A stretch of 64,000 nucleotides of DNA from an uncultured delta proteobacterium (GTDB taxonomy: Bacteria > Desulfobacterota > Binatia > UBA9968). The stretch lies in assembly GCA_963755715.1 (NCBI GenBank), contig CAVWLW010000007.1:1-64000 (forward strand). Direction: 5' to 3'. Shown in pieces: positions 62,896 through 64,000 of this stretch. The notes under the pieces were generated by a model. The model did no database searches. It saw nothing but the letters and a program-made list of their open reading frames with translations, and had not been told where the DNA came from. Both the position numbers and the translations under genes were made by a program. The first letter of the stretch is position 1; each line of letters starts with the position of its first letter.

Positions 62896-62911
62896 CGCAA
62901 TCACCATACCA
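62896..62911 (-). promoter_or_regulatory. Putative sigma54 promoter
   Basis: Minus strand TGGTAT-GGTGA-TTGCG, about 30 nt before ATG 62864. Confidence 0.55.
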
Positions 62912-63092
62912 AGAGCGTAAATGTTAGATAACTTTAGACTTGCGCAATACTGAAGCAGCATCGAGTAAGGGAATTCCGTGCGGAGTCTTGAGAAATTTCG
63001 TACGTCCCAATTAAGCGATAGAATCCGATAAAACGTGAGGCGAATCGTCGAAGCGCGTCAGCGCATATTTTTTTTCATCGAGATTCGCGCCT

Positions 63093-63908
63093 TCAAATAT
63101 ACATGCCTACGTCTTGATTGACGCGGGCGAGCGGTGACAGGCGGGCAAACAACCGTTTCATCGCCCAATTCGTCAGGGCGGCGAGAATAAATACAAAAAG
63201 CAGCAGCGAATACATGTCGGCGATGCGAAACTGACCGTAGTATTCGACGATCATGAAACCCAATCCGGCTTTGGCAATCTTCGTTTCCGCGAGCAACGCG
63301 CCGGTCACCGCCGCGCCCATGCCGATTCTTATGCCGCTGAAAACCTGGCCGGCGATTGCCGGCAGGTAGACGCGGGTGGCGATTTGCATCGGGCTGGCGC
63401 CGACCGTGCGCGCCACGTCGACGTAAACTTTCTTGACTTCCCTCATGCCGGCGATGGTCAACAGCGCGATCGGAAAAAACGCCGCGATGGCGCCGACCGC
63501 AAGCTTGGACTGAACGCCGATACCCAGGAATAAAATAAATATCGGAAAGATGACGATCTTCGGTACAACAGCGGCATATAGAATGAGCGGCTCGACGACC
63601 TCCAGCCAGCTTTGCCGGCTGCCCCAGAGAATCCCAAGAGGCACGCCGCATAGGGCGGCGAGGGCGAGCGCGCCGCCGATTTCGTAGAGGCTCGCTTTAA
63701 TGTGCGGGATCATCAGCGGCGTGCTGATGTATAGCCAAAGGGATTGCAGGATCTCCAGGACGGAAGGAAAAAGCTCGGGGAACAAGAGTCCGGTACGGCC
63801 GATAAATTCCCACGCGGCGACGACGGCCAGAAGCGTCAGCGCTTGTACGCCGAACGGCGTCTGAATATGCGCTGCGAAGGCAGCGGAATTCTTTTCGGCT
63901 CGATCCAT
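63093..63908 (-). CDS. ABC transporter permease (NitT/TauT)
   Basis: YVDVARTVGAS..QI..RVYLPA EAA loop; AET...GLG. Confidence 0.9.
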   Translation of the reverse strand: MDRAEKNSAAFAAHIQTPFGVQALTLLAVVAAWEFIGRTGLLFPELFPSVLEILQSLWLYISTPLMIPHIKASLYEIGGALALAALCGVPLGILWGSRQSWLEVVEPLILYAAVVPKIVIFPIFILFLGIGVQSKLAVGAIAAFFPIALLTIAGMREVKKVYVDVARTVGASPMQIATRVYLPAIAGQVFSGIRIGMGAAVTGALLAETKIAKAGLGFMIVEYYGQFRIADMYSLLLFVFILAALTNWAMKRLFARLSPLARVNQDVGMYI

Positions 63909-63910
63909 GG

Positions 63911-64000
63911 CTATTTGCGCACCAAGACTTCGCTCCGGTTGATCAGGTAAAGAAACAGAATCGACAACAGCATGGTGCCGAACAACCCGGCATAAACCTC
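63911..64000 (-). CDS. C-terminal end of a second ABC permease (truncated by window)
   Basis: EVYAGLFGTMLLSILFLYLINRSEVLVRK-stop. Confidence 0.6.
   Translation of the reverse strand, partial: EVYAGLFGTMLLSILFLYLINRSEVLVRK

Overview
GC-rich bacterial chromosomal window. Gene content (many NitT/TauT-type binding proteins, UbiD, xanthine-oxidase-family and Rieske genes) suggests a Deltaproteobacteria-like/Binatia environmental genome; this is inference only. From left to right: (i) the end of an integrated element (frameshifted tyrosine integrase facing the 3' end of tRNA-Gly), then pgsA, a lytic transglycosylase and a Nudix gene; (ii) a ~3.6 kb integrase-less islet bounded by tRNA-Arg(UCG) and a degenerate copy of its 3' half; (iii) a LysM protein and cysS; (iv) a ~26 kb putative (hetero)aromatic-acid catabolic cluster with 3 UbiD-family (de)carboxylases, an atypical M20 hydrolase, LysR, DUF3891, an amidohydrolase, ABC transport and three Mo-hydroxylase large subunits with two FAD and two 2Fe-2S subunits, which is the best candidate for an undescribed system; (v) an accessory patchwork of small orphan genes with paralogous families, an out-of-context rpoZ, duplicated Cx5R phosphatases, an extradiol dioxygenase, secreted repeat proteins, ftsH, TAXI, DUF1989, a Rieske oxygenase, AKR, MFS and entericidin, plus dispersed REP-like repeats, sigma54-type promoters and gene remnants (RAYT, pdxH). 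Many genes carry single-base insertions that look like long-read consensus errors. No CRISPR array or rRNA was seen. All family assignments are by motif recognition; no database searches were run.
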